64,000 nucleotides of DNA from contig MU008170.1 of NCBI GenBank assembly GCA_010909165.1, positions 1,488,001 through 1,552,000 of the forward strand, written 5' to 3'. Under the pieces are notes generated by a model. It did not search any database, was not told the DNA's origin, and was given only the letters and a program-made list of their open reading frames with translations. Both the position numbers and the translations under genes were made by a program. Below, in pieces: positions 1 to 12,430 of the stretch (positions are counted from its first letter, which is position 1; every line of letters starts with the position of its first letter). This DNA comes from Anthoceros angustus. Its lineage: Eukaryota > Plantae > Anthocerotophyta.

Positions 1-3000
1 CCGTAGCACGTTCCGGTTCCGGTCCCGGTTCCGGTTCCGGTTCCGGCTCCCAATTAAGGAATCCTAGAAAAATCGAAAGTACGGGCATCGCCAAAGTCAG
101 CGCCCAGAAACGAATTTCTTAGAAACGTGTTCGAAGCTGCGGAGCGTGTCTGAGTTGACTCTGAGGCTCAATGGCTCAATGACGCAAGCCAATTCCAGTT
201 CTTTAGGGATCACAAATTGGAGTGGACAAAACTGTGAATTTGTAGTCCTTAATCCCAAGAAGCTTAGCACCTAGTGCCAGCTCCAAGTCAATTGGAATCG
301 TTTTTAAGTCAATAACATATAGAAGCTTGTCCTGTTTTTCGAAAAAAAGATTAAATGCATCTATGTTTTACGATTCCCTAGATTCCACACTTGTAGGATT
401 GATTCTCCATGGTGCTGCATCTACGAAAAATCACAAGAAAGTACTTGGGCGTGTCATGGTTACTATTGTGCCACATGTTATCTCGGAGTTTGAAACAAAT
501 TGGTTTTGTGTACGTGCAAGAGTGGTATTGGAGCATATTCAAGTGCATGATTCCTTATGAACTTAGGCGCATTGATTTCTTTAATCTTTTGTTTGTTGAT
601 TGTGCTTTGTCGTGTAAGTTGAGTTTTGGATTTAAAGGGTTTTGATGTCCATTGAGAAAATGGAAGAATAATTCCATGTGCTGCTTCTCTGCTTCTCAGC
701 TCTATCGTCTTGTCTCGTGAACATGCACTTGTGACCTCATGCAAATCACTTTAATGAATATGAGAGCCCCTTCCTTGTATCACCTGTGCATCATCATGTC
801 TCGTAAACTTAGGTACCATAAGTTCAAGGAATCCAAAGATTAAACTTCGGAATCAAAATGCATAATATGTAATATGCTTGTATAATAGACGTAAGCTATT
901 TAACATTGGTATACACAATTGTCATGTAGTGATTAATTATTCCCTAAAATTTGGGCATGTCAACGCGTTGTACGACATCATCTTTTATGAATCTTAAAAG
1001 AGGATGATGTGTAACAACCACGATTTATCTGGAAATTATTTTTCTTAAACTATGATATAATCATTTTGGAGAAAAATATAATTTTCTAATGGGTGTGAGA
1101 AGTTAATGCTTGCACTTCACTCAACATTGCATGTGAACAATCTACGGTTGAAATGCATGTTGTGTAGTATGTGAGTACCTTCAAAAGATTCCTTTCCAGC
1201 CTGCTTTCTAGTAGTATTTAAATGCATAACAGAAACAAAGAGTGAGAGTAACGTGGGTCTTCTTGGGGCAAGGGCTGCCTAAGCATTTGTAGTTTAAAAG
1301 AGTTTACTTTCATATAAGCCTTGTTGTTGACAAGGTGTAAGAATATTTATCTCGATTGATGTCATGTAAGTTTGTGCAACATGACATAGACACACGAATC
1401 AAATTTGTAGTCTCGGAACTACTCTTGGCGATATGGAATTTAGTTATGCATGTACACTTGAAATATAATTGTAATAGTGCCGAGGCATTCGTAATAGTTG
1501 TAGGTACTCGAATATCCCAAAACCAAGAGCAGAGCAAATTGAAAGTTCAGATTAATAATAAAAAATATTACATAAGGTAAAGAACATGGATAATCAATAT
1601 TAATTTTTTTTAATTCAAATAAAACTATTTGACTTGCAAAAGTTGTATAGAACTAGATTCTTAACCATTTCCATTGCCATACAAAGGGTATGTTCGAATC
1701 AGAAGACATTGTGCCCTTTTGAAGTTAATATAGGTATAATATAATTCCTGAAGATATTTAGACTGAAAATACGAAGTAATTTCTTATAAAAATAAAACAT
1801 AAGCGCCAAGCTCAGGTGACGCCTGCTGCCATACCACAGGCCGTAGCACGTTCCGGTTCCGGTCCCGGTTCCGGTTCCGGTTCCGGCTCCCAATTAAGGA
1901 ATCCTAGAAAATCGAAAGTACGGGCATCGCCAAAGTCAGCGCCCAGAAACGAATTTCTTAGAAACGTGTTCGAAGCTGCGGAGCGTGTCTGAGTTGACTC
2001 TGAGGCTCAATGGCTCAATGACGCAAGCCAATTCCAGTTCTTTAGGGATCACAAATTGGAGTGGACAAAACTGTGAATTTGTAGTCCTTAATCCCAAGAA
2101 GCTTAGCACCTAGTGCCAGCTCCAAGTCAATTGGAATCGTTTTTAAGTCAATAACATATAGAAGCTTGTCCTGTTTTTCGAAAAAAAGATTAAATGCATC
2201 TATGTTTTACGATTCCCTAGATTCCACACTTGTAGGATTGATTCTCCATGGTGCTGCATCTACGAAAAATCACAAGAAAGTACTTGGGCGTGTCATGGTT
2301 ACTATTGTGCCACATGTTATCTCGGAGTTTGAAACAAATTGGTTTTGTGTACGTGCAAGAGTGGTATTGGAGCATATTCAAGTGCATGATTCCTTATGAA
2401 CTTAGGCGCATTGATTTCTTTAATCTTTTGTTTGTTGATTGTGCTTTGTCGTGTAAGTTGAGTTTTGGATTTAAAGGGTTTTGATGTCCATTGAGAAAAT
2501 GGAAGAATAATTCCATGTGCTGCTTCTCTGCTTCTCAGCTCTATCGTCTTGTCTCGTGAACATGCACTTGTGACCTCATGCAAATCACTTTAATGAATAT
2601 GAGAGCCCCTCCCTTGTATCACCTGTGCATCATCATGTCTCGTAAACTTAGGTACCATAAGTTCAAGGAATCCAGCATTAAACTTCTGGAATCAAAATGC
2701 ATAATATGTAATATGCTTGTATAATAGACGTAAGCTATTTAACATTGGTATACACAATTGTCATGTAGTGATTAATTATTCCCTAAAATTTGGGCATGCA
2801 AATGTCAACGCGGTTGTACACGACATCATCTTTTTATGAATCTTAAAAGAGGATGATGTGTAACAACCACGTATTTACATACGGAAATTATTTTTCTTAA
2901 ACTATGATATAATCATTTTGGAGAAAAATATAATTTTCTAATGGGTGTGAGAAGTTAATGCTTGCACTTCACTCAACATTGCATGTGGAACAATCTACGG

Positions 3001-3730
3001 TTGAAATGCATGTTGTGTAGTATGTGAGTACCTTCAAAAAGATTCCTTTCCAGCTTTCCGTTTCTAGTAGTATTTAAATGCATAACAGAAAACAAAGAGT
3101 GAGAGTAACGTGGGTCTTCTTGGGGCAAGGGCTGCCTAAGCATTTGTAGTTTAAAAAGAGTTTACTTTCATATAAGCCTTGTTGTTGACAAGGTGTAAGA
3201 ATATTTATCTCGATTGATGTCATGTAGAAGTTTGTGCAACACAAGCAAAAAGCAAAGATTGTTTCCCAAGCAAACATAGCTGGCTCTCTAGTGTTTGAAA
3301 CTTTATAGGAAATAGCACTTACTCCAAGGTATCTATATATTGTCGCACCTTATAGCGGATAAGTACACTTGAAATATAATTGTAATAGTGCCAGAGGCAT
3401 TCGTAATAGTTGTAGGTACTCGAATATCCCAAAACCAAGAGCAGAGCAAATTGAAAGTTCAGATTAATAATAAAAAATATTACATAAGGTAAAGAACATG
3501 GATAATCAATATTAATTTTTTTTAATTCAAATAAAACTATTTGACTTGCAAAAGTTGTATAGAACTAGATTCTTAACCATTTCCATTGCCATACAAAGGG
3601 TATGTTCAGCAATCAGAAGACATTGTGCCCTTTTTGAAGTTAATATAGGTATAATATAATAAATGAACTAAAGTCTATATTAAATATATTTTAGAAAATA
3701 ATTTTACATATCTATAAAAATAAAACATAA
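1..3730. repeat. Tandem duplication of an ~1.84 kb AT-rich unit (1-1840 and 1841-~3730), each copy starting with a (CCGGTT)n microsatellite
   Basis: The sequence at 1 recurs at 1841, and ORFs 327/2166, 409/2248 and 478/2317 are identical. The first ~0.75 kb is near-identical; the rest differs mainly by small indels and one unalignable patch. Confidence 0.95.
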
Positions 3731-3744
3731 TCGTGATTATTCTA

Positions 3745-3834
3745 CAGTTATTGGCCGAGTTGGTCTACAAGAAGACGTCCTGTTGTCCATGCCCTGAATC
3801 GGATGGGCACGGGTTCGAATCCCATTCAGCCATA
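3745..3834 (+). pseudogene. tRNA-Leu-like degenerate sequence (pseudo-tRNA or SINE head)
   Basis: A-box-like TGGCCGAGTTGGTCTA at 3752 and B-box/T-arm GGGCACGGGTTCGAATCCCATTC near 3805-3827 resemble plant tRNA-Leu. The anticodon arm and acceptor stem do not pair properly. Confidence 0.45.
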
Positions 3835-4655
3835 CACGATATCGCTATGCATGCAAGATATTTTTAACGTAGGCTTACGTTGGTTGGAACGTGGCACGCT
3901 GTGAATACGTGAGGATTCCATCTGCTCCAGTTGCAAAGCTGCAGACGGAAAGCAGGAAGCGGCGGTAGGTACGTATAGACATCCCAAAAAACAGACAGGA
4001 AGACACGCATACTAGGATCGAGGGGGCCGTAGGAAGTGGGCGCGTACGGTCGGCGAGAAAGACACATTTAATGAGCCGGATTGAGGGGCGAAGTGCGCCA
4101 AAGGGCGCAGAACGAGAAACACCCGGCGATTGGCATTGGGGCTTGCGCGGAAAGCCGGCGCAAGTGTGGCAGCCGCAGTGGCCTGCAGCTCAGGCGCAGC
4201 GGGTGAAACCCGTTTGCCGCGCCCGTATGTTCTCGGCCCCGCCGTCCGGCGGCCCTCACGTTTGTCGCGCTTCCCTTCCGGGATACGCAACTTGCAACCC
4301 TGCGTCTCTACGTACGCTTTCCGGAAAGGGTTGGCCCCCGGAGATGGCAGGTAGTGAGAGGATGGAGCCATGCGTAGAGAGAGCATGCGTGGCATGAATA
4401 GCCACTTGTCGGACAAGCGCGGGTTGGCAAACCTGGACGGTCGACATCGGGATCGGGACCGGGACCGGGACCGGGGCCGCCACGAGTCTACGTGTCGCCG
4501 CGGTCTGGGGCCACTGACCCAAGTCGCGGCTCCACGGCATGCGCGACGGGACAGTCAAATGACCGGGCTGTGCGGGAAGTTAGCCGGCCCGGTTGCGGCA
4601 GTTTCCGGTCCCGGACGGGGGGCGGCGAAGGGAGAGACGTTGCGCCACGGCGTCC

Positions 4656-4679
4656 CATGCATGCATGCATGCATGCATG
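4656..4679. promoter_or_regulatory. (CATG)6 array of overlapping RY elements (CATGCA) upstream of the MYB gene
   Basis: Six perfect CATG units ~820 bp upstream of the MYB ATG. CATGCA is the known B3-domain (ABI3/VAL) binding motif; function here is inferred. Confidence 0.35.
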
Positions 4680-5494
4680 AGGCGCACATGGGCTGGTGAG
4701 AACGGTGACTGCTTTGCTCAAAGCATGGCTGCCGTGCCCACATGCGGAAAAATGGTCGAAACAGAGACCTCTGGGTCTGGGTCTGGATCTGGATCTGGGT
4801 CTGGGTCTGGCGCTGGCTTTGATGGAACCTATCCCTGGGTGGAGGGAGGCGAGGAGACGATTGGGGTGGGAGAGAGACGAGAAGCTGGCTCAGAATTATG
4901 GTGGAGATGGCCAGACAAAACTGTTTAAAGCAAGAAATGGGTGGGTTAGAAGAGGGGCGGCTTTCCGGGAGGATACCGGGAAGCGAGAGGGAAACGGTGC
5001 GGGGAGGGCAATGGGCAAGGTGTCAGCGGGAGGCGGGCCGGGGCAGGCCGGGCCAGGCAAGCTCTGGAGCGGCTGGCCCCGGCCCTGGAGGGAAGCGGGG
5101 TTTGGCTGTATCTGCGGGCTCTCAGGCGTCGAGGTCCTGGTCCACCTCGGCGGGGCGCACGGACCGGGAAGCTTCATCGCTCTTCCTGCCTCCTCTTCTG
5201 CCTGGCCCTGGCCAGCCCTGGCCCCGGCATCTCGCATCTGCGTTCCCCTCTCCTGGCCCGCCCCCCGCCTGGGATTACTACTCTTATACCTTGCTTGCAG
5301 CAGGAAGCTCACTTTCAAGGCAGCTGCTCCAAGTTCCCTCCCGCCGCTCCTCTGCTGTTTCCCTCCCTCCGGAAACCCACGCGCTCTGTACTACATACTC
5401 GCAGCGCGCGCTTGCCTCCCATCCTTTTGCTGCTCACGATTGCAAGCGCACTCGGCGCCCTCTTCTTCTCCTTCTCTGTGTCCCCTGGGCTGAC

Positions 5495-8006
5495 ATGACG
5501 AAATCCTCCGGACCCACGTCCTCCGGCGAGGAGGACGTGCGCAAGGGCGCTTGGACCGCCGAGGAGGACGATAAGCTCCGGGCTTACATCGAGAAGAACG
5601 GCACTGGCCATTGGCGCAGTGTTGGGCGCAAAGCAGGTGGGTGGGTGGGTGGGGCGACAAATTTCTCGCATGCAACGCTCTTGTGTTTGTGTGCAGCGAA
5701 GTGGCTTCTGTTTAAAACAATCCTGCAAATTGCGACATGCCGCGTTGTTGGGTTGGTTGCGTTGTGTTGCGTGAGGAAGGAAGGAAGGAAAGAATTGAAT
5801 GCGAATTCTGATGGGCTTCGCACTTGTGTTGTTGGGTTACAGGATTGCAAAGATGCGGGAAGAGCTGCCGCCTGCGCTGGACCAACTACCTCCGCCCGGA
5901 CATCAAGCACGGAAGCTTCACGCCGGAGGAAGAGAAGCTCATCATCGAGCTGCACTCCTCCTTGGGAAGCAGGTGATTGATTACGCACATCCTTCAAATT
6001 GAAGCAACAGCAGTCGCGTGACGTTTGTTTGCACTGTTGAGCAATTTTTGTATTGTATCTGCCGCATTGAAAATGCTCGCAACCAATTTGGCCGCAGCCG
6101 GAATGGGAGTCTAAGACGAGTGTTAAAGTTCGTGTTTGCTGGAGTCTGTGTAGAAAATGGTGGCTCGAAGGGCTTGTTCTCGTCTGGGTTGTGTGGCTGA
6201 CCGTCGTTTTGCTCTTCCTTCATTCCTTCCAGATGGTCGCTGATCGCAGCCAAGCTCCCGGGGCGAACGGACAATGATATCAAGAACCATTGGAACACTC
6301 GGCTCCGGAAGAAGCTGGTGGACATGGGCATCGACCCGGTGACCCACAAGCCCATCTCGGAGCTGCTCATCAATCTGGCGGGGAACATGGCGAATTGCAA
6401 GAGCGGGTCGGTGCCCAAGATGCTGGACGACGCCAGGCGCTGCTTCAGCGACGCCGCCATCAACAAGGCGGTGCAGGACTACGTCCTGGGCGGAGTCTCC
6501 GTGCTCTCACAAAGTGGGAGCAGCAACGCAGCCGCCGCCGCCGCCGCTGCTGCTGCTGCCGCCGTGCAAGAAATGGAGGCCAAGATGGAGCGGGCGGACA
6601 CCCAAGGCCCCCTCCACGCCCTGCCCTCCCAGGCTGCCGACAACCTGGTCACCTTCGCCGGGATGCCCGACATGCCCACCTTCTGCCCCGCCATCAAGAC
6701 CGCCTTCTCCTCCGACTCCGACAGCTTCAGCGACGGCAGCGATGTCGACACGCTGTCCTCGGGCGGCGTGACCTCGCATGCGGGCGCGGGGGGCTCCAGC
6801 TTGTCCTCCCGCAGGAAGTACGGCGGCAATGGTGGGCAGCACTTGTCGCTTCTCGCGAGGCGCGGGCTGGGGGCTCATTCCATCGTGATCGACTCGGATG
6901 AGGAGATCGAGTCCCCGAGGCGGGCCGTGTCTGCTCTGGAGCCGTCGGTGCTGAACAGGAAGACGAGGCTGTCGCTCCAGGAGGCCATGATCCAGGGGGT
7001 CGGGTTGAGGAAGAGGACGGCTGAGACCTGCAGCACCAGCGACGCGCCCCAGGCCGGGAGCAACAAGAGGCACCAGAGAGACCTGCTGCAGTGCCAGGAT
7101 TTCCCATCTCAGCAGCAACAGCAGCACCAACAACAGCAGCAACAGCAGCACCAACAACAGCACCAACAACAGCATCAACAACAGCATCAACAACAGCATC
7201 AACAACAGCATCAACAACAACATCAACAACAGCCTCTGCAACAGCATCACACCTTCAGTTTTATGGGTTCCTCTGCCATGGCTTCCTCCGCCATGGCATC
7301 CGGCTATGGTGGGTTCCAGACGGAGGCCATGGCGGTGGCTGCTTTGGCTCCTCTCCCGCCTGCTGAGCCTGGTTTTGGGATGGGGGAGGAGCAGGGGATG
7401 GGCTTCTCTTCCTCCGACTTCGAGTCCTCGCATCTGCTGCGGAGCTCGGGGCAGGAGGGCTATGGGGTGCCGGCTGCCAGCTCCAGCGACTGGTCGGAGG
7501 AGAGTTTGAGGCAGCTGCTGGAGCCGAGCAGTGGGTTCTGGAATGTGGAGCAGCAGCAGCAGCAGCAGCAAGGGAGGGGGTCTGGGGGCCGGGCTTCGTC
7601 CGGGAATGGGAACATGCCATTCAATGATATCTGCTCGTTGTTGTTCACTCCCAGAGCAGGAGATGGGTCTACTGCTGCCGGGGCTCATAGCACGTCCTTG
7701 CAGCTGGATTCGCCGATGGCGGCTGCCAGATGTGGGGGGAACGTGGTGGATGATTTCTTTGGGATTTCGCCCCTGGCGACGCCCAGGAGCTGGGCGGGGA
7801 GCTTCCCGCCCAATTTTGCATCCGAGACATGCAATTCGCGGTTGCAGCAACAACAACCCAGCAACAGCTGCGGGTCCAGCAAGCCCGACATCCCGGCCTG
7901 CTGGCAGGACGTGCTTCTGAGCACGCCCAAGAGCATGGGGCCCGACATGGCGCACTTCGACCTGCCCAGCCCCAAGGTTGTCACTCTCTGGGACTTCCAT
8001 GTCTGA
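5495..8006 (+). CDS. R2R3-MYB transcription factor, MYB80/MYB35(TDF1)-like; exons 5495-5636, 5843-5972, 6233-8006 (681 aa)
   Basis: Spliced product reads [23 protein letters not shown]|[27 protein letters not shown]|[28 protein letters not shown], with the two canonical R2R3-MYB GT-AG intron positions. The post-R3 motif GIDPVTHKP..(D/E)..CF.D resembles the MYB80/TDF1 clade. Confidence 0.92.
7110..7250 (+). repeat. CAG/CAA/CAY coding repeat giving a poly-Q/(HQQQ)n tract in the MYB
   Basis: Directly visible cagcatcaacaa-type 12-bp repeats inside the MYB ORF. Confidence 0.9.
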
Positions 8007-9439
8007 GCTGAAGTTTCATCACATCGATCACGTAAGCTATCCGGCTCCGGCTGGCATCACTTGCTGCATTCGTGTCATCGTGACGATTGATGTGCTTTGG
8101 ATTTCAAGTCTCCTGCCTGTGCTGGGCATGGCGGAAATCCTTTCTTCGGTGGGTGATTGGAATGTTCAGTCATACAATTTTCTTCCCCAACATTCAGTGG
8201 GTTGTATAGAGCACTCTCAGATTCTGCAGGGACAGATCATGGTGCCTGCAATCCCGTGTAATATATTCCTAGTAGCTAGCTTGCTCACTCGTGCTGCCCT
8301 CCATTCAGACACAGTCTGGCGGCTACATCTTCTACACTAGTTGTAGTGAGAGCACTCACTGCCCGGGAGATGGCCCAAATGGGCCTGTGTAAATTGTATC
8401 CATTTCCAAGAGTCTAGTCTAAAATTTCTCACATCCTTCTTCACTTCCCCACCACTATGTTGGAGCCCACCACTATGTTGGAGTTGGACCATCAAAGCAA
8501 CTCGCAAACTCTTCAGTTGATGGGATTCCCTCTTCAGTTGATTTGATTCCCTCTTCAGTTGATGTGATTCCCTCTTCAGTACAAGCACGGTCCATCCAGC
8601 TTCCACCGAGAAGACGAAGGCAAAGAGAATCGCCCCCACTGCCACCCCGATCCCTGGAGAATATTTAGTGGATATTATTATTATATCAATATTCTGTTGA
8701 TTTAAATATTGCATATTACTCTTAGTTCATAATGCTCGTGGAGACTGGAGAGTAGTCCTGGAAGGTCAGGATTTGATTATTCACCCTTTGGTGCGTGACC
8801 TTTGGTCTTCAAGCTATGTCTGCAGTCAGCCTTTTAGTCTTCCTTTGATATGCCTAGCTTTTTATATGGTAGTCAATGGTCATATCTGGCTCACAAAGTT
8901 CACTAGCCCCTCTAAGTTTCCCTTCCAGTGGGGTACAATGCACTGTGGTATAGGCTTAGGGTTGTGTTATTCCCTGATTATACCACTACAAAGTCTGTTC
9001 TTGGAATACAAAGCAAAGGCGGATGATACATCAACCTTTTGTCTCACAGGTGAATCCAGATTTGAGCGTAGAGCTAAAACCCCAAGCCTAACCAAGGCCG
9101 TACCTAAAAACGTTTGAGCTAAAATGTTTGGCAACGGTTATGTACATCGCCTCTTTCAAAATCGGAGTATTTGTGTTGACAACCTGGTGTTGCCTGCCAT
9201 GTGTGTGGGGAACGTCAGGTGCATGTGCATCGCCTAGCTGTTAAAGCTAGATTAAGGCTCTCCCGCGGCTAGTGAAGGGAAGGTCGTCCTAATATGATCA
9301 ACCACTGTGGTTCAATAGGTGCATGTGGTTCCAGCGCATTTGCTCAGAAAGGTCTATGAGCATCACCAAATCCCACTGCAAGTTGGGTCTAACTGGTATT
9401 CTTCCCGTTTCCCTTTTTCCAGATATGCCAGATGTTGAA

Positions 9440-9850
9440 TCTGTGCAGTTGCAAGAGCTTTTGAGGTTGTGGTACTGAAATTGTGGCTGCAAATTGGTTT
9501 CCTTCCTGAACAGAGCCTTTACTGGGGCATCCTGTTTCTGTCAATACAAGAGGAATGTTGAACTTGTGACACGGAGCCACCATGCCGGAGATAAGCTGGA
9601 TACCAGAAAGTCCCACCTGACAGTGGATACTGGATAGGTTTTGGAAATCATACTCACAGCCATGGTGCTCGAGAGCTTGATCTTGAAATCCAGTCCAGCG
9701 AGACCTGTAAGATTTGTCTCAGCGGGTGACACCTTTCCACTCCAAACATCTTCTTCTGTTCAAGAGTATTAACCTTGACTGAAAAACATACCAAGTCGAT
9801 GTGCAGATTTCTTGTAGATGCCACCAGATCGGTGCTCATCTCTGGATCTG
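9440..9850 (-). pseudogene. Truncated, frameshifted duplicate of the GH17 beta-1,3-glucanase gene
   Basis: Fragments MSTDLVASTRNLHIDL, LDFKIKLSSTMAVSMISKTYP and IPLVLTETGCPSKG match exons 3-5 of the gene at 19922-22100. Intron sequence is also retained (acataccaag, actccaaacatc). Confidence 0.8.
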
Positions 9851-10046
9851 CTGCCATCCAGGACGTGGTTCCCGACGATGTGCCTTGCCTGCCATGAGAT
9901 TGCACGTCTCCTGCCTGTGGTGGCCATGGGGAATCTGCATTGACAATCATAGTTCCTGCAACCCCTTGTAATGGATTCCTAGGCAGTCGTTCTTACGTAT
10001 CTTTGGATAAAATTCGTATCCTCCTAGTGGTAGGTATTGTGACGGG

Positions 10047-12430
10047 TGAAAACAGATCTTGTAATTTCCAGGCTGTTTGATCGAGAGATAACTCCCAGAT
10101 TTGTGTGTGTGGGCGATGAGTGTGGAGGCGAAGTCGCTGAACAGGTCGGGCATGAGTGGTTAAGGAGTGTTGAGGCTGATCTTAGGAAAGGCTAGGAGCA
10201 GCCTGTTTGTGTATAAGAACGAAAGCCTCAGGCTTCTCTTAACAAGGAGAAGGACATAAATAAGTCCTGACTTCGTATGCTGAGACTCCGTCAAACGCCA
10301 AGCTAGTTGTCTTGCATCTATTCCTTGTGCGATTGTTTGCAAGTCCAGTTCACAGTCTTAGTTGTTGTTGTAAGTAGCCCTGTTTTCCATACAAGGGTGT
10401 GCATCCTTGAGTACGATCCGTGGGCAGAGTCCTCAGCATCATCGTCAGGAACTGGCGTCCAGAGTTACAACGCTGAGACGAAGTCCCAGCTGGTCCTGTC
10501 ATCAGGAAGGACAAGTTCATGTCATTGCTCAGAGTTTCATGTATTTGTGAGACAGGCCTAGAGGCGATTGTTTGCATTAACCACTAAATGTACATGCGTG
10601 TTCGGTCATAGTTAGTAGGAATAGTATACCTTGTTACTTCATCTGTTTGACAGTGGCCCTATAACAGAACAGCTTGGGCCAGTGAAGTGAGACGATATTT
10701 CACAGTATCTATTATATAATACAAAATATCTAAACAACAAACTTGAATTTTGAATTTTAAAATTTAAAATTTGAGTTTTGTTTTAAAATTTTTAACACAA
10801 AATATATTATCACAGTTAATCTTCACTCTTATTTGTGTATCACACTCATCACAATATAAGAGATAGGGACTATTAAATAGGTATTTATGGAAAGTGTAAG
10901 GACTATACACAAACAGATTGTTAGCCTTCACGTTGTCATTGTTAAATGTTGTCCCTTGGATATAATGGGCGCTTTGAACAACTCGAATTATAGCCATGCC
11001 ATTGCTCACAATGGTTAGAAGCAGGACAAGCTTTGCATAATGAGCTCTACTCGGTATCATTGGGGGCATTATGTTCCTGCGCAATTACAAGGGAAGTCAA
11101 AAGATCAAGCCATGACACGGGATCTGCCTGTGAACACTTCGAGCATTGCACACAACATGTCTGGACCTGCAAGAATATAATTTTTTAGACCTGCAGAATA
11201 CAATTTTTTAGCTGGAAAACAACAACGCCAAACGGTGAAAACAGATCTTGTAATTTCCAGGCTGTTTGATCGAGAGATAACTCCCAGATTTGTGTGTGTG
11301 GGCGATGAGTGTGGAGGCGAAGTCGCTGAACAGGTCGGGCATGAGTGGTTAAGGAGTGTTGAGGCTGATCTTAGGAAAGGCTAGGAGCAGCCTGTTTGTG
11401 TATAAGAACGAAAGCCTCAGGCTTCTCTTAACAAGGAGAAGGACATAAATAAGTCCTGACTTCGTATGCTGAGACTCCGTCAAACGCCAAGCTAGTTGTC
11501 TTGCATCTATTCCTTGTGCGATTGTTTGCAAGTCCAGTTCACAGTCTTAGTTGTTGTTGTAAGTAGCCCTGTTTTCCATACAAGGGTGTGCATCCTTGAG
11601 TACGATCCGTGGGCAGAGTCCTCAGCATCATCGTCAGGAACTGGCGTCCAGAGTTACAACGCTGAGACGAAGTCCCAGCTGGTCCTGTCATCAGGAAGGA
11701 CAAGTTCATGTCATTGCTCAGAGTTTCATGTATTTGTGAGACAGGCCTAGAGGCGATTGTTTGCATTAACCACTAAATGTACATGCGTGTTCGGTCATAG
11801 TTAGTAGGAATAGTATACCTTGTTACTTCATCTGTTTGACAGTGGCCCTATAACAGAACAGCTTGGGCCAGTGAAGTGAGACGATATTTCACAGTATCTA
11901 TTATATAATACAAAATATCTAAACAACAAACTTGAATTTTGAATTTTAAAATTTAAAATTTGAGTTTTGTTTTTAAATTTTTTAACACAAAATATATTAT
12001 CACAGTTAATCTTCACTCTTATTTGTGTATCACACTCATCACAATATAAGAGATAGGGACTATTAAATAGGTATTTATGGAAAGTGTAAGGACTATACAC
12101 AAACAGGATTGTTAGCCTTCACGTTGTCATTGTTAAATGTTGTCCCTTGGATATAATGGGCCGCTTTGAACAACTCTGAATTATAGCCATGCCATTGCTC
12201 ACAATGGTTAGAAGCAGGACAAGCTTTGCATAATGAGCTCTACTCGGTATCATTGGGGGCATTATGTTCCTGCGCAATTACAAGGGAAGTCAAAAGATCA
12301 AGCCATGACACGGGATCTGCCTGTGAACACTTCGAGCATTGCACACAACATGTCTGGACCTGCAAGAATATAATTTTTTAGACCTGCAGAATACAATTTT
12401 TTAGCTGGAAAACAACAACTGCCAAACAGT
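10047..12430. repeat. Tandem duplication of an ~1.19 kb unit (~10047-11235 and ~11236-12430)
   Basis: Identical ORFs at an offset of 1189 (10160/11349, 10307/11496, 10350/11539); the differences are mostly single-base indels near the 3' end. Confidence 0.95.

Noticed and set aside
1800-1940. Helitron 3' end in the 1.84 kb unit
   Set aside because: ccgtagca..cgggcat resembles Helitron hairpins, but it is split by the microsatellite and lacks a correctly placed terminal CTRR.
3745-3834. Functional tRNA or tRNA-Sec gene
   Set aside because: No pairable acceptor or anticodon stem and no UCA anticodon loop are visible.
4898-5980. 360-aa ORF as an N-terminally extended MYB
   Set aside because: It starts at GTG, reads through the GC-rich 5' region and intron 1, and has no protein-like features upstream of Met 5495.
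6507-8000. 497-aa antisense ORF with poly-Leu
   Set aside because: It is the shadow of the GC3-rich MYB exon and its CAG/CAA repeats.
8337-8714. 125-aa ORF as a CLE-like secreted peptide precursor
   Set aside because: The C-terminus (HLPGSECSHYN) does not fit the CLE motif, and the homologous copy at 13077 is interrupted by stops.
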